Below, piece by piece: positions 18,953 through 28,211 of a DNA stretch of 64,000 bases. The stretch comes from Chloroflexota bacterium (GTDB lineage: Bacteria; Chloroflexota; Anaerolineae; Aggregatilineales; Phototrophicaceae): the NCBI GenBank assembly GCA_016223085.1, contig JACRPS010000014.1, positions 73,269-137,268 on the forward strand. The letters run 5' to 3'. Numbering within the stretch: the stretch's first letter is position 1; the number at the start of each line of letters is the position of its first letter. Made by a program: the position numbers and the translations under genes. A model generated the notes under the pieces. It worked only from the letters and a program-made list of their open reading frames with translations, did no database searches and had not been told where the DNA came from.

Positions 18953-21900
18953 TTATCCTTCGGGTTCCAGAACAGGGTCCAGCGGCAGCGCGAAGTAGAA
19001 GATGCTGCCGACGTTTTCCCGCGTTTCGAGCCACAGCGCGCCACCGTGCGCTTCCGCCAGCGTTTTGGCGATGGACAGCCCGACGCCCGTATCGCCCAGC
19101 CCCTGAATCAGCGGATTCTCGGCCTTATACTTGCGGGCGAAGACACGCGGTAAATCTTCCGGCACGATGCCGCCGCCCCGATCTTCAATCGAAATCAGCA
19201 GGCTGTCCATTGGTTTGGAGAAGTTCAGGCTGTTGGACAGCTTCACTTCCTGCCGGTGCGCCGAGATGTAAATCTGGCTGTCCGGCGGCGACACCAGATA
19301 GGCGTTGGTGAGCAGTTCGTTGATGATCTGTGTCACGGCATCGCGGTCGGCGCGGACGGTGGGGATGCTGTCATCCAGATTGAGGTTGACGGTCAGCCCT
19401 TTTTCGCGGAACTGGTGTTTGGAGTTGGTGATCGCTTCTTCGATGATGTCCACCACGTCAATCGGTTCCGGCGTCAGCGTAAAGCGGTCGGTATCTAGCG
19501 CGGCGATGCGAGTCAGGTCATCCAGCATAAACGTCATGCGCGAGACATTGGCGGCGACACGCTGCAAAAATTTGCGCTGCATCTCTCCCAGAATCCCCGC
19601 CGCTTCATCCAGCAGCAGGTCAATGTAACCAACGATGGAAGTCATTGGCGTGCGGAGTTCCTGCACCATGCCAAGGATAAGTTCCGGGCTGTAGCCACGC
19701 CGTGTCGGTTCCGTGTCCCCGGCGGTGCGCGCCCGGTAGGCGGTGACCTGATCTTCCAGCGCCACCAGCGCGGAACGGGTTTCGTTCAGTTCACGTTCCA
19801 GGCGGTTGCGCTGGTCCGACACTTCTTCGATCATCTTCGTCAGCGAGCCAACGCCATCGGTGCCAATCTGCTGCAGGCGGTCGCGGTCGCCTTCCAGTCG
19901 CGCCAGCAGTTGGTCACGCTCGGTTTCCAGTGCGCGTTTTTCCGCCACAATCCGATCATAGAGTTTCATCAGGTCGCTGCGCTCGTCCGATAGCACCTGA
20001 ATCTGGGTGCGCATCCGCGCCTGTTCCTGGCGCAGTTCGTCCAGTTCCATCTGGTAGCCGGACGCTTCTGCCATCAGGCGCGCTCGCTGCTGTTTCAGCG
20101 CATCCTGCTTCACCAGCAGTTCATCGCGCTCGGCGCGCATCTGGTCGCGCTTTTTGATGGCGGCTTCGCGGTCAGCGGCGAGGTGTTTGATCTCGTTTTG
20201 CAGGGCTTCCAGCCGGGCTTCGCGTTCTTTCTCGCGCTCGATGCGGTCTTCAAGCTGCCTGCGTTCGTTGAGCAGCGCGTCCCGTTCCAGTGTCAGGCTC
20301 TCCAGCCGGGTTTGCAGCATCACCCGCTGTTCGGTAAGCTGGCTGACCAACTGCACCAGTCCCGCCGGGCCGTTTTCAATACCCAGCGCCTTAAGCTGCG
20401 CTTCGATGTCCTTCACGCGGGCGCTAAGCTGTTCACGCTCGATCTCCAGCCGGGCCTTTTCCTGGCTCATGCGTTCCACAATTTCCTGCACAACGCCAGG
20501 CGTGGTGACGAGATTCCCCTGCCGCAATTCCTCTAGCTGCGTGTTCAGGTGGTCACGCTGCTGCTGCAGCTCATCTTTCTCGCGGCGCAGCACGTCAATC
20601 ATCGTCTTCAGCACGCCTTCGTTGCTGGTGGCGGTTGCCCCGGCCAGCGCCGTTTCCGCTTCACGCAGGCGGGCCAGCAACTGGTCACGCTCCTCGCGCA
20701 TCCGCTGCTGCTCGTCGTTGAGGGCGATTATCCGCTGCGATACCGACATACCTTCCTGCGTATCACCCAGCAGATTGGATACCCGGCTGCGTTCGCGGTC
20801 GAGTTCAACCTTCAGTTCCATCACCTGCCGACTGAGTTCTTTCACCTGATCGCGTGAAAGCTGGAGGTTGGCCTGCATCTCTTGTCGCGCGGCCAGCACG
20901 TCGGTATCGCCCACCTGATCGAGCGGCACCCCCTTCACCAGCGCTTCAATCGCGCGTTCTTCCGCTTTCAGGCGCGCGTCGCGGGCGGCGAAACTGAGCG
21001 CGAGCAGGTTGCCGGCGATAATGCCAATGCCCTTGAGCAGTTCGCGTTCGGTTTCTTCCAGTTCGCGTCCACTGTGCGGCAGGCCAATCATCAGCACGGC
21101 GACCAGTTCGCGGCCACTTAGCAGTGGCTGGAAATAGGTTGGGCCGATCACGTCCAGATCAAGCCGGTTGTACAGGTCCTGCAGTTCTTCCTGATTGCGA
21201 TCCGGGAACAGCGGGCGCTGCAAACGGCGTTCGATGGCGTTCACCAGCGTCGGCTGGCTGTCCAGATTCAGCGCAACACCGTTCAGCGGCTGCTGCGCCT
21301 CGCGGTCATAGGCGGCCACGATGTCGGCATAATTGGCATCCTGAAAGGTCAGCACCGCGCCAACATCGGCCTTCAGCACTTCCAGCCCCGCTGAAACAAT
21401 TCGCTGTGGAATATCCGCCGGTGTGGCATCTTCGAGAATGAGGCCGAGTGTTTTCAGCAACTGCACCGAATCGCGCTGTACCGGCGTGAGCGCAGGGGCC
21501 GCCCCAATGGGTGACAGGATACTGTCGGGCGCGGCACTGCCCGGACCATTGCCTGGCGCTGCCGGGACAGGCGGCGCGGCAGGAGACAGATAGGCGGCGG
21601 ACTGCATTAGGACTTCGCCCTGCAAACTGCCGATAACCATGCGGTAGATGACTGCCGGCAGAATCGGCAGCGCCGCCAGGAACGCCAGCCGCAGCAGGCC
21701 GATGTCGCTGCCGATCAGGCTACCCTGCATGGTCTGGAAGAGCGTCGCGCCGTAACCGAGCAGCAGCAGCACAAAAAAGACCAGTTTCAACGGCGCGTCG
21801 GCGATCAGCTTAAAATAGGTCAGTACCAGAATGATGCCCACCGCCGACAGCACCACCGGGATAAACGTCCAGGCGACGCCGTAGGCGCTGAGGTTAAAAT

Positions 21901-22333
21901 CGGTCTGCGCTGCCAGCGCGGGCCATTCACTGCCGGTGAGAATATAGCCGCTGACCGTCGCCAGCAGGAGCAGGAGCACGAGCACATTCGGCAGCCGTCC
22001 CCAGCGGTTGTGGTCCGCCGTTAGAAAGGCCCAGCCCACCAGCACGATGACGACAACGTTGGCGACCCGTTCCAGCGGCACCAGGATAACCGAGGCGTTT
22101 TGATCGGTCAGGATGGCGTACAGGGCGCCGGCCATCATGACGACCCAGGCCAGCACCGATCCCAGCGCCGCCAGCATGTAGCGCCCTGCGGTGCGGTTGG
22201 CGGGATTCCGCAGCCGTTCGCCTAGCGCCACCAGGAGACTGGTCAGGCACAGGGCGACAACGGCGAGGAAGTAGAGCAAATCGCCGGGGGGGCGAACGAA
22301 CAAATTCAGAAAATCCACAGGTGTCTGGAACAC
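18953..22333 (-). CDS. 7TM-GAF-coiled coil histidine kinase-like protein lacking the phosphoacceptor His
   Basis: About 7 hydrophobic helices, GAF-like region, about 400 aa heptad-rich segment, H-box reads MVQELRTP (CAG at 19661-19663), HATPase N box, DRGGG, DTGVGL. Confidence 0.85.
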   Translation of the reverse strand: MFQTPVDFLNLFVRPPGDLLYFLAVVALCLTSLLVALGERLRNPANRTAGRYMLAALGSVLAWVVMMAGALYAILTDQNASVILVPLERVANVVVIVLVGWAFLTADHNRWGRLPNVLVLLLLLATVSGYILTGSEWPALAAQTDFNLSAYGVAWTFIPVVLSAVGIILVLTYFKLIADAPLKLVFFVLLLLGYGATLFQTMQGSLIGSDIGLLRLAFLAALPILPAVIYRMVIGSLQGEVLMQSAAYLSPAAPPVPAAPGNGPGSAAPDSILSPIGAAPALTPVQRDSVQLLKTLGLILEDATPADIPQRIVSAGLEVLKADVGAVLTFQDANYADIVAAYDREAQQPLNGVALNLDSQPTLVNAIERRLQRPLFPDRNQEELQDLYNRLDLDVIGPTYFQPLLSGRELVAVLMIGLPHSGRELEETERELLKGIGIIAGNLLALSFAARDARLKAEERAIEALVKGVPLDQVGDTDVLAARQEMQANLQLSRDQVKELSRQVMELKVELDRERSRVSNLLGDTQEGMSVSQRIIALNDEQQRMREERDQLLARLREAETALAGATATSNEGVLKTMIDVLRREKDELQQQRDHLNTQLEELRQGNLVTTPGVVQEIVERMSQEKARLEIEREQLSARVKDIEAQLKALGIENGPAGLVQLVSQLTEQRVMLQTRLESLTLERDALLNERRQLEDRIEREKEREARLEALQNEIKHLAADREAAIKKRDQMRAERDELLVKQDALKQQRARLMAEASGYQMELDELRQEQARMRTQIQVLSDERSDLMKLYDRIVAEKRALETERDQLLARLEGDRDRLQQIGTDGVGSLTKMIEEVSDQRNRLERELNETRSALVALEDQVTAYRARTAGDTEPTRRGYSPELILGMVQELRTPMTSIVGYIDLLLDEAAGILGEMQRKFLQRVAANVSRMTFMLDDLTRIAALDTDRFTLTPEPIDVVDIIEEAITNSKHQFREKGLTVNLNLDDSIPTVRADRDAVTQIINELLTNAYLVSPPDSQIYISAHRQEVKLSNSLNFSKPMDSLLISIEDRGGGIVPEDLPRVFARKYKAENPLIQGLGDTGVGLSIAKTLAEAHGGALWLETRENVGSIFYFALPLDPVLEPEG

Positions 22334-22436
22334 GGGATACCAGCCTGGTTAGACTCGCGTTGGCTATACTCGATAAGTATAGCATACTCAAACGAATGTG
22401 CTGAATGGGGTTAATTTAAACAAACTTTTACCGGCG

Positions 22437-22465
22437 TTGACGGGCAGAGCGGACTTCGCTACACT
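22437..22465 (+). promoter_or_regulatory. Sigma70-type promoter for the NUDIX-serine hydrolase pair
   Basis: TTGACG-N17-TACACT. Confidence 0.6.
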
Positions 22466-22513
22466 ATCGGCGGGGGCAAAACAGCCCCTGTTGTTTTTAG
22501 GCCGGTGCGTAAC

Positions 22514-22984
22514 ATGTCCAAGCGACAACTGGCAGTGTGGTTACAAAAAGCGCCCTGGACGGTAGCCCTGGCGCGGCAGGTCTGGCGGCTGGGACAACCA
22601 AAATTTTCCGCCGGAGCCGTCGGCGTGGTGTTTAACGAAGCCGGCTGCGTGCTGCTGGTGGAACACGTTTTCCATCCGTATGCGCCCTGGGGTCTGCCGG
22701 GTGGCTGGGTTGACCGGCACGAAAGCCCAGCGGAAACGGTGCGGCGCGAACTGCACGAGGAACTGGGGCTGGTCGTGGAAGTCGGCCCGGTTCTGGTAGC
22801 CGAGACGAACTATCCCAACCATCTCGATCTGGCCTACCTGTGTTATGCCACCGGCGTGATTGGCCGCCTGAGCCGCGAACTGCTGGCCTGGGAATGGTAC
22901 AATATCAATGCTTTGCCTAAACTACAACCGTTTCACGCTCTGGCAATTACACGAGCAATAGCATTTCGCAGTCAAACCTCATGA
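22514..22984 (+). CDS. NUDIX hydrolase
   Basis: GGWVDRHESPAETVRRELHEELG Nudix box. Confidence 0.9.
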   Translation: MSKRQLAVWLQKAPWTVALARQVWRLGQPKFSAGAVGVVFNEAGCVLLVEHVFHPYAPWGLPGGWVDRHESPAETVRRELHEELGLVVEVGPVLVAETNYPNHLDLAYLCYATGVIGRLSRELLAWEWYNINALPKLQPFHALAITRAIAFRSQTS

Positions 22985-24621
22985 GTGTAACCGGATTAGG
23001 AACCAAACGACGCCGGCGCGCGCTGCCGGTCGTTCAATTACTGTCGGTCCTGATGCTGCTGGCCGCCATTGGCCTGTTTGTGCTGCAACTGGTGCAGTTC
23101 AGCCGGGGGCAGGAGCTGCTGCCCGCTGATGTGACGGTGGCCGGTATTCGCGTCGGCAATCTACTGCCGCAGGAAGCGGTCGCCCGCTGGGAACAGGCCT
23201 ATAGCCAGCCCGTAACGCTGTATTATGCCGGCAGTCCCATTTTGCTGGACCCGGCGGCGGTGGGTTTCCGCACTAACCGGGAAACGATGCTGGCGGCGGC
23301 ACGCGCAGCCAGTGACGTAGAAGCCAGTTTCTGGTCACGCTTCGTCAATCATCTGCTGGGGCGAGAAGCACAACAGACGGTGGATGTGCCACTGTCGGCG
23401 GATTTTCAGCGGAATCTGCTGGAGCAGTTTTTGCGGGACATCGCGGCACGTTACGACCGACCGGCAGGGTCGGCGGGGTTTAATCTGGAAACGCTGACGG
23501 TGCGTTCCGGCGCGGAAGGCTACACGATGGACGTGCAGGCGGCCATGTCGCTGGTCGAAGCGGCGCTGTTCAGCCCGGATAACCGGTCAGTCAACCTGCC
23601 GGTGGAAACAGCCAGCGCCAACGAAGGCAACATCAATACGCTGCGCGACATGATTATCGCCTATCTGAATAACGAGGGTTTTATCTACGATGGACAGACA
23701 ACAGTCGCCTCGGTGTTTATCCTCGATTTGAAAACGGGTGAGGAAGTGAACATCAATGGCGACGTAGCGTTTTCTGCCGCCAGTACGATGAAGCTGCCGA
23801 TTCTGATAGATTACTTCCGCCAGTTGTGGTTCCCTGTGCCGAATGATGAAGCGTGGCTGATGGCAAATTCGTTACTGTGCAGCAACAACGCCTCCTCCAA
23901 TCTGCTGATGCAGATCATTGGCGAGCGCGTCTCCGGCCAGCAGGATATTTTTGCCGGTATCAAGGATGTGACTGACAACGCGCAGTATCTGGGCGCGCGC
24001 AACACGTATATCACGGCGCCATTTGATCTGGGCATCGAAGGCCAGCAGTTGGGGTCAATTCCTGCCCCGCGCACATCACCCAACCCGAACTTTAACACCA
24101 GCCCGGACCCGTATAACCAGACAACGGCAGAAGATATGGGCACGCTGTTCAGTCTGGTTTACGACTGCGCCAAATACGGTTCGGGTCTAATGGCGGCCTA
24201 CCCGGACGGCGAATTTACGCAGACCGAATGCCAGCAGATGCTGGAACTGATGAGTGCCAACGATCTGCTGAGGCTGCTGCAAGGCGGTGTCCCGGCAGGG
24301 GTGCGGATTTCCCACAAAAACGGTTGGGTGAGCGACACCAGCGGCGATGCCGGTATCGTCTTTCCGCCGTCAGGGCGGGATTATGTGATTGCGGTCTACC
24401 TGTGGGAGCAGACGGAATTCCAGGATTATACCCGGCTGTGGCCGTTGATCGAGGGCATTTCCCGCGCAGCGTGGAACTACTTTAACCCGGACGATCCGCT
24501 GATTGCGCCGCGTAGCGATCTGCCGGAAACGGCGCAGGAGTGCAAAAACTTCCTGCCGCCGCAGGACCAGCTTGATCTGAACAATATCAATGCCTGGCGC
24601 AGCACGACGCCTGGCTCTTAA
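22981..24621 (+). CDS. Membrane-anchored penicillin-binding / class A beta-lactamase-like serine hydrolase with a PG-binding-4-like region
   Basis: N-terminal TM; SxxK (ASTMK), SNN and HKNG motifs; ATGA overlap with the NUDIX gene. Confidence 0.8.
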   Translation: MSVTGLGTKRRRRALPVVQLLSVLMLLAAIGLFVLQLVQFSRGQELLPADVTVAGIRVGNLLPQEAVARWEQAYSQPVTLYYAGSPILLDPAAVGFRTNRETMLAAARAASDVEASFWSRFVNHLLGREAQQTVDVPLSADFQRNLLEQFLRDIAARYDRPAGSAGFNLETLTVRSGAEGYTMDVQAAMSLVEAALFSPDNRSVNLPVETASANEGNINTLRDMIIAYLNNEGFIYDGQTTVASVFILDLKTGEEVNINGDVAFSAASTMKLPILIDYFRQLWFPVPNDEAWLMANSLLCSNNASSNLLMQIIGERVSGQQDIFAGIKDVTDNAQYLGARNTYITAPFDLGIEGQQLGSIPAPRTSPNPNFNTSPDPYNQTTAEDMGTLFSLVYDCAKYGSGLMAAYPDGEFTQTECQQMLELMSANDLLRLLQGGVPAGVRISHKNGWVSDTSGDAGIVFPPSGRDYVIAVYLWEQTEFQDYTRLWPLIEGISRAAWNYFNPDDPLIAPRSDLPETAQECKNFLPPQDQLDLNNINAWRSTTPGS

Positions 24622-25043
24622 GCCGGCAGCCGTTTGATAATCGTCAGGCAGTTGCGGTTTGCTTCGCGGGAGTAACCGACTTCGTCCATAAATTTCCTGA
24701 TAAAATGAATACCCCACCCACCGCTGCCCCGCCGGTCGAGCGGGGCGGTGGGATCGGGGTCAGGCTGCGCCAGCGGATTAAAAGCCGGACCATCATCCAT
24801 GATGATAATCGTGAAGCGCTGGTTATCCGTTTGGCAAACAATATCTATGATCTGGTTCTCACCGTGCATCCGGTAGGCATGTTCAACGATGTTGGTGCAG
24901 GCTTCATCCACCGCAAGCTGGCAGTGATACGCCGCATGTTCGTCCAGACCGGCTTGGAGGGCAGCCCTGGCAACAAATTCACAGGCGATGGGCACCTGGG
25001 CCAGAACCGCCGCGATCTGGATGTGGCTCTCGTTGACGATCAT
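24618..25043 (-). CDS. Anti-sigma factor Ser/Thr kinase, RsbW/SpoIIAB-like
   Basis: LAVDEACTNIVEHAY, DDGPAFNP, GGWGIHFI...MDEV. Confidence 0.9.
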   Translation of the reverse strand: MIVNESHIQIAAVLAQVPIACEFVARAALQAGLDEHAAYHCQLAVDEACTNIVEHAYRMHGENQIIDIVCQTDNQRFTIIIMDDGPAFNPLAQPDPDPTAPLDRRGSGGWGIHFIRKFMDEVGYSREANRNCLTIIKRLPA

Positions 25044-25066
25044 CGCCCGCGTCCTGATTGAATCCG

Positions 25067-25396
25067 TTAATAACTGCCAACCGCCTCAACCTGCGAGGGG
25101 AATATCTGGAAAATGGTGTCCAGCCCGGCCATTTCCAGGACTTCCAGCACGCGGGGGGAGGGCTGTGACAGCCGTAAATCGCCGCTGCCGCGCACCTTCT
25201 TTAACGCGAACACAATCTCGCGCAGGCCAGCGCTGCTCATGTAATCCACATTGGCAAGGTCGAGCACCAGATGGACATGGCCGCTGTCAATCTCGTGCAT
25301 CAGGGCTTCACCCAGTTCGTGGGCGTTCATGCTGTCAATCCGGCCATGCGCTTCGACCAGCGTCACGCGGTCACGTTCGGTTACATTGATGTTCAT
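25067..25396 (-). CDS. STAS-domain anti-sigma factor antagonist, RsbV-like
   Basis: GRIDS...VLDLANVDYMSSAGL (phosphorylated Ser); start at ATG 25396. Confidence 0.92.
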   Translation of the reverse strand: MNINVTERDRVTLVEAHGRIDSMNAHELGEALMHEIDSGHVHLVLDLANVDYMSSAGLREIVFALKKVRGSGDLRLSQPSPRVLEVLEMAGLDTIFQIFPSQVEAVGSY

Positions 25397-25545
25397 GGGA
25401 CGCTCTCTTTGGTACCACACGGGAACGTCTCTATCATAACAAGTTTGCGTGGGGGATGTGAGGGGAAAGTGAAAATTCGCTGCCCGCCTGCCGGCTGGCG
25501 GTATAATCAAAGGCTGTACGTGTGAGGTTGAAGGACTAAAATCCG

Positions 25546-25824
25546 ATGGACGCGGGAACGCTCCTGTTGATGGTTATCAGTTTTGGGCTGGTGCTGCTGC
25601 TCATCCAGCGGGCGGAAGTGAAGCGGCGGCGGGTGGTGATTGTCCTGCTGCTACCGGTAGTCGGACTGATCGTCCATTATGCCAACGCGCGCGGTTATCG
25701 GCGTGAGGCGCTGGTGGGGTTTATCCTGGCGCTGGTCGTTAACTTTCTGTTCTGGCTGCTGGTTGGGCGTTATAACCCGGTGGGCAGCAGCGACAGCATC
25801 AAGGTGCTGGGGCTGGATGATTAG
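25546..25824 (+). CDS. Small membrane protein with three predicted TM helices
   Basis: Three hydrophobic stretches; GAAGGA RBS; ends at a REP copy. Confidence 0.7.
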   Translation: MDAGTLLLMVISFGLVLLLIQRAEVKRRRVVIVLLLPVVGLIVHYANARGYRREALVGFILALVVNFLFWLLVGRYNPVGSSDSIKVLGLDD

Positions 25825-25829
25825 AGAGG

Positions 25830-25858
25830 GTAGGGACATGGCGGCGCCATATCCCTAC
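25830..25858. repeat. GTAG-type REP-like palindrome, copy 6
   Basis: GTAGGGACATGGCG-G-CGCCATATCCCTAC between convergent genes. Confidence 0.8.
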
Positions 25859-25863
25859 GGATG

Positions 25864-26916
25864 TTAGCCTATGATGTTCAGCGGAATCACGTCGGCGGAT
25901 TGCAGCATGACGACGCTGATCCGCGCGGCGGTGTTCTCCGCCACTGCCCGGAATGCCTGGCCCGCGGGATTGTCGGGGTCGGTGACAACGATGGGACGGC
26001 CATAATCGCCGCCCTTGCGGACATCGGCGTTCAGCGGAATCCGCCCCAGGAACGGCACATTGCGCTCCTGCGCCAGGCTTTCGCCGCCGCCTTCGCCAAA
26101 GAAATCGCCGGCCATGTTCTCCACAATGCCCAGAATCGGCACGTTAAGCTGATCAAACATGGCAATGCTGCGCAGCGCGTCGGCCACTGCCACTTCCTGC
26201 GGCTGGGTGACGATGACTACGCCAGTCAGCGGGAACGACTGCGCCAGAGACAGCGGCGCGTCGCCCGTGCCGGGCGGCAGGTCTACGATCATGTAATCAA
26301 TTTCGCCCCAGTCCACGTCGGTGAAAAGCTGGCGAATTGCGCCGTGCAGCATCGGGCCACGCAAAATCAGCGGCTTGCTGGGGTCGGTCAGGAAGCCGGT
26401 GCTCATGATCTTCACGCCATAGGCTTCTAGCGGCAGCATCATATTGTTCGCTACTCTGGGGCGACCGCTGCCCAGGCCGGTCATCTGCGGCAGGTTTGGG
26501 TTCAGGATGTCGCCGTCAATCAAGCCGACTTTCGCGCCGGCTTCCGCCAGACCAACAGCCAGGTTGGTGGCGACGGTGCTTTTGCCGACGCCGCCTTTGC
26601 CGCTGGCGACGGCGATAATACTGCGCATCGGTACATCCAGCCGCCCGGTCATGCGGCGGTCGGTGGGCACCTGCGCGTCCCACTGGATGTCCAGTTGCTT
26701 GATCGCCGGCACTTTGCCGAGGACGGCGCGTTTGCAGGATTCAATAAACACATTCTTAAGCGGGCAGGCCGGGGTGGTCAGGACGATGGTAAAACGGGCA
26801 GTATCGCCGTCAATCGTCAGGTCGCGCACCATGTTCAGGCTGACAATATCCCGGTGCAGTTCCGGTTCAATGACGGTGCTCAGGGCACGCATCACCTGGT
26901 CTCGTACATCAGTCAT
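25864..26916 (-). CDS. apbC: Mrp/ApbC/NBP35-family P-loop ATPase with N-terminal DUF59 domain; C-terminal CxxC absent
   Basis: [10 protein letters not shown]...[28 protein letters not shown] followed directly by AGDFFGEGG. Confidence 0.92.
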   Translation of the reverse strand: MTDVRDQVMRALSTVIEPELHRDIVSLNMVRDLTIDGDTARFTIVLTTPACPLKNVFIESCKRAVLGKVPAIKQLDIQWDAQVPTDRRMTGRLDVPMRSIIAVASGKGGVGKSTVATNLAVGLAEAGAKVGLIDGDILNPNLPQMTGLGSGRPRVANNMMLPLEAYGVKIMSTGFLTDPSKPLILRGPMLHGAIRQLFTDVDWGEIDYMIVDLPPGTGDAPLSLAQSFPLTGVVIVTQPQEVAVADALRSIAMFDQLNVPILGIVENMAGDFFGEGGGESLAQERNVPFLGRIPLNADVRKGGDYGRPIVVTDPDNPAGQAFRAVAENTAARISVVMLQSADVIPLNIIG

Positions 26917-26978
26917 CGGTTCTCCTATAAGCAGTTAGCATTTGGCGACGAGTATAAAGCCTTTTTTAAACATCAATA

Positions 26979-27021
26979 ATTATAACCGAGATGAGAAAAA
27001 TTCGTAGTGACATTTGTCACA
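26979..27021 (-). promoter_or_regulatory. apbC promoter: TATAAT -10 plus a CRP/FNR-family-like site
   Basis: Minus-strand TATAAT at 26984-26979, no good -35, and AGTGA-N6-TCACA at 27006-27021. Confidence 0.55.
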
Positions 27022-27055
27022 CAACGCTGTATCTGGATGCTGGCTGAACAACAAG

Positions 27056-27084
27056 GTAGGGGAGGGTCTCAGACCCTCCCCTAC
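27056..27084. repeat. GTAG-type REP-like palindrome, copy 7
   Basis: GTAGGGGAGGGTCT-C-AGACCCTCCCCTAC, perfect 14-bp arms, after nuoI. Confidence 0.85.
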
Positions 27085-27110
27085 GGTGATCACTGTTTCC
27101 TCAGTCGGCG

Positions 27111-27173
27111 TTACCCGCCCTTCTGCGCCTTCTTCTGGCGGATTTTCTCCAGCATCGCCTGCTTGTCAAACTT
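27111..27173 (-). repeat. C-terminal tail module B of NuoI ([20 protein letters not shown]-stop)
   Basis: Identical peptide to 30074..30136; 7 synonymous nucleotide differences. Confidence 0.95.
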
Positions 27174-28151
27174 GGGCTTGCCACCGCCGGCAGGCGTTGC
27201 ATCCGGGCCAGCATTGGCCTGCGTATCCACCACAACCGCGGGTTCCGCGACCTGTTCGGCAGGCGCTGCTTCCGCTACCGTCGTCGGTTCAGACGAGGGC
27301 ATGCCGCCGGCTGCTGCGCGCTTGCGGGCCAGCGCGGCTTCGCGCTTCGCCAGACGCGCGGCCTTTTCCGGGTCTTCGGGCAGCACGTCCTGGGTCTTTA
27401 CGTCACCGGCCACTTCGGCCTGCTTGGTCGAGCTGGCAACGGCAGCAGCCGGTGCCTTGTCGGCGATTTCATCCGCGTCGGTCACAGGCGCTTTGGGCCA
27501 CATGTTGTCAATCGTCGGCTCGACCGGCGTCTTGCCCTGCTTCTTCATCGCCTTAATCACGTCCGGGTGTTCCCAGCCGCCGCGCGCGATGGCTTCTTCC
27601 AGCGCTGTTGTAGGGGCGATGGTCTTCCAGTAGCTTAACGGCTTCGACAACCGTTCTTTGTCGTGGATGTGGTTACGGGTGCGGTCGTAGCTCGCCATCT
27701 CGTAATCGTGGTCCATCTTGATGGCGTCGAAGGGGCAGAACTCGGCGCAGAAGCCGCAGTTCATGCAGATGTCTATGTCAATGAAAAAGGCCGTCGGCTG
27801 CGGGATGGGGCGGCCTGTAGCCGGGTCGCTGCCGCGCACAATCCAGATACACTGCGGCGGGCACACCTTGGCGCAGATGCCGCAACTGGTACACCAGTCC
27901 TCGCCTGGGGCTTCGGGATGGTCGTCGTCGTTCACCACCAGGAACGGCGTGAAGCGGAAGCGCTCCGGCACGGCGATTTTCTCGTCAGGATACTGCACCG
28001 TAAACGCGCCCTGCGCCTTCAAGCCCTGGCGGATTTCAAAGTTATCCTGGCGGAAGTACTTGCGCCCGGCATACCGTAGATCGTCCACGTAGGTGTTGAA
28101 GAAGTGTTTGAAGGTTACAAAGAGGCCCTTGAGTATGCCCTGTCCGTACAT
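27111..28151 (-). CDS. nuoI: NADH-quinone oxidoreductase subunit I (2x[4Fe-4S]) with a long C-terminal extension
   Basis: TVQYPDEK...PERFR, CTSCGICAKVCP, CMNCGFCAEFCPFDAI; GAGGAG RBS before ATG 28151. Confidence 0.88.
   Translation of the reverse strand: MYGQGILKGLFVTFKHFFNTYVDDLRYAGRKYFRQDNFEIRQGLKAQGAFTVQYPDEKIAVPERFRFTPFLVVNDDDHPEAPGEDWCTSCGICAKVCPPQCIWIVRGSDPATGRPIPQPTAFFIDIDICMNCGFCAEFCPFDAIKMDHDYEMASYDRTRNHIHDKERLSKPLSYWKTIAPTTALEEAIARGGWEHPDVIKAMKKQGKTPVEPTIDNMWPKAPVTDADEIADKAPAAAVASSTKQAEVAGDVKTQDVLPEDPEKAARLAKREAALARKRAAAGGMPSSEPTTVAEAAPAEQVAEPAVVVDTQANAGPDATPAGGGKPKFDKQAMLEKIRQKKAQKGG
27312..27374 (-). repeat. Tail module A of NuoI ([21 protein letters not shown])
   Basis: Identical peptide to 30257..30319; 7 synonymous codon differences. 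Confidence 0.95.
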
Positions 28152-28167
28152 CGTCACTCCTCATTTT

Positions 28168-28195
28168 ATAGGGGCGCACGGCCATGCGCCCCTAC
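28168..28195. repeat. GTAG-type REP-like palindrome, copy 8
   Basis: Minus strand GTAGGGGCGCATGGCCGTGCGCCCCTAT between nuoCD and nuoI. Confidence 0.8.
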
Positions 28196-28211
28196 ATCTG
28201 TTATCCTCTAG

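Noticed and set aside
18042-19034. Plus-strand Gly/Val-rich and Arg/His-rich ORFs
   Set aside because: Mirror images of the Thr/Pro linker of the LysM gene.
22981-24621. Acquired beta-lactamase resistance gene
   Set aside because: Membrane anchor, extra PG-binding region and chromosomal context with no mobile element.
24618-25396. RsbV/RsbW-like pair as a distinct system
   Set aside because: Ordinary partner-switching module; no sigma factor or phosphatase here to define it further.
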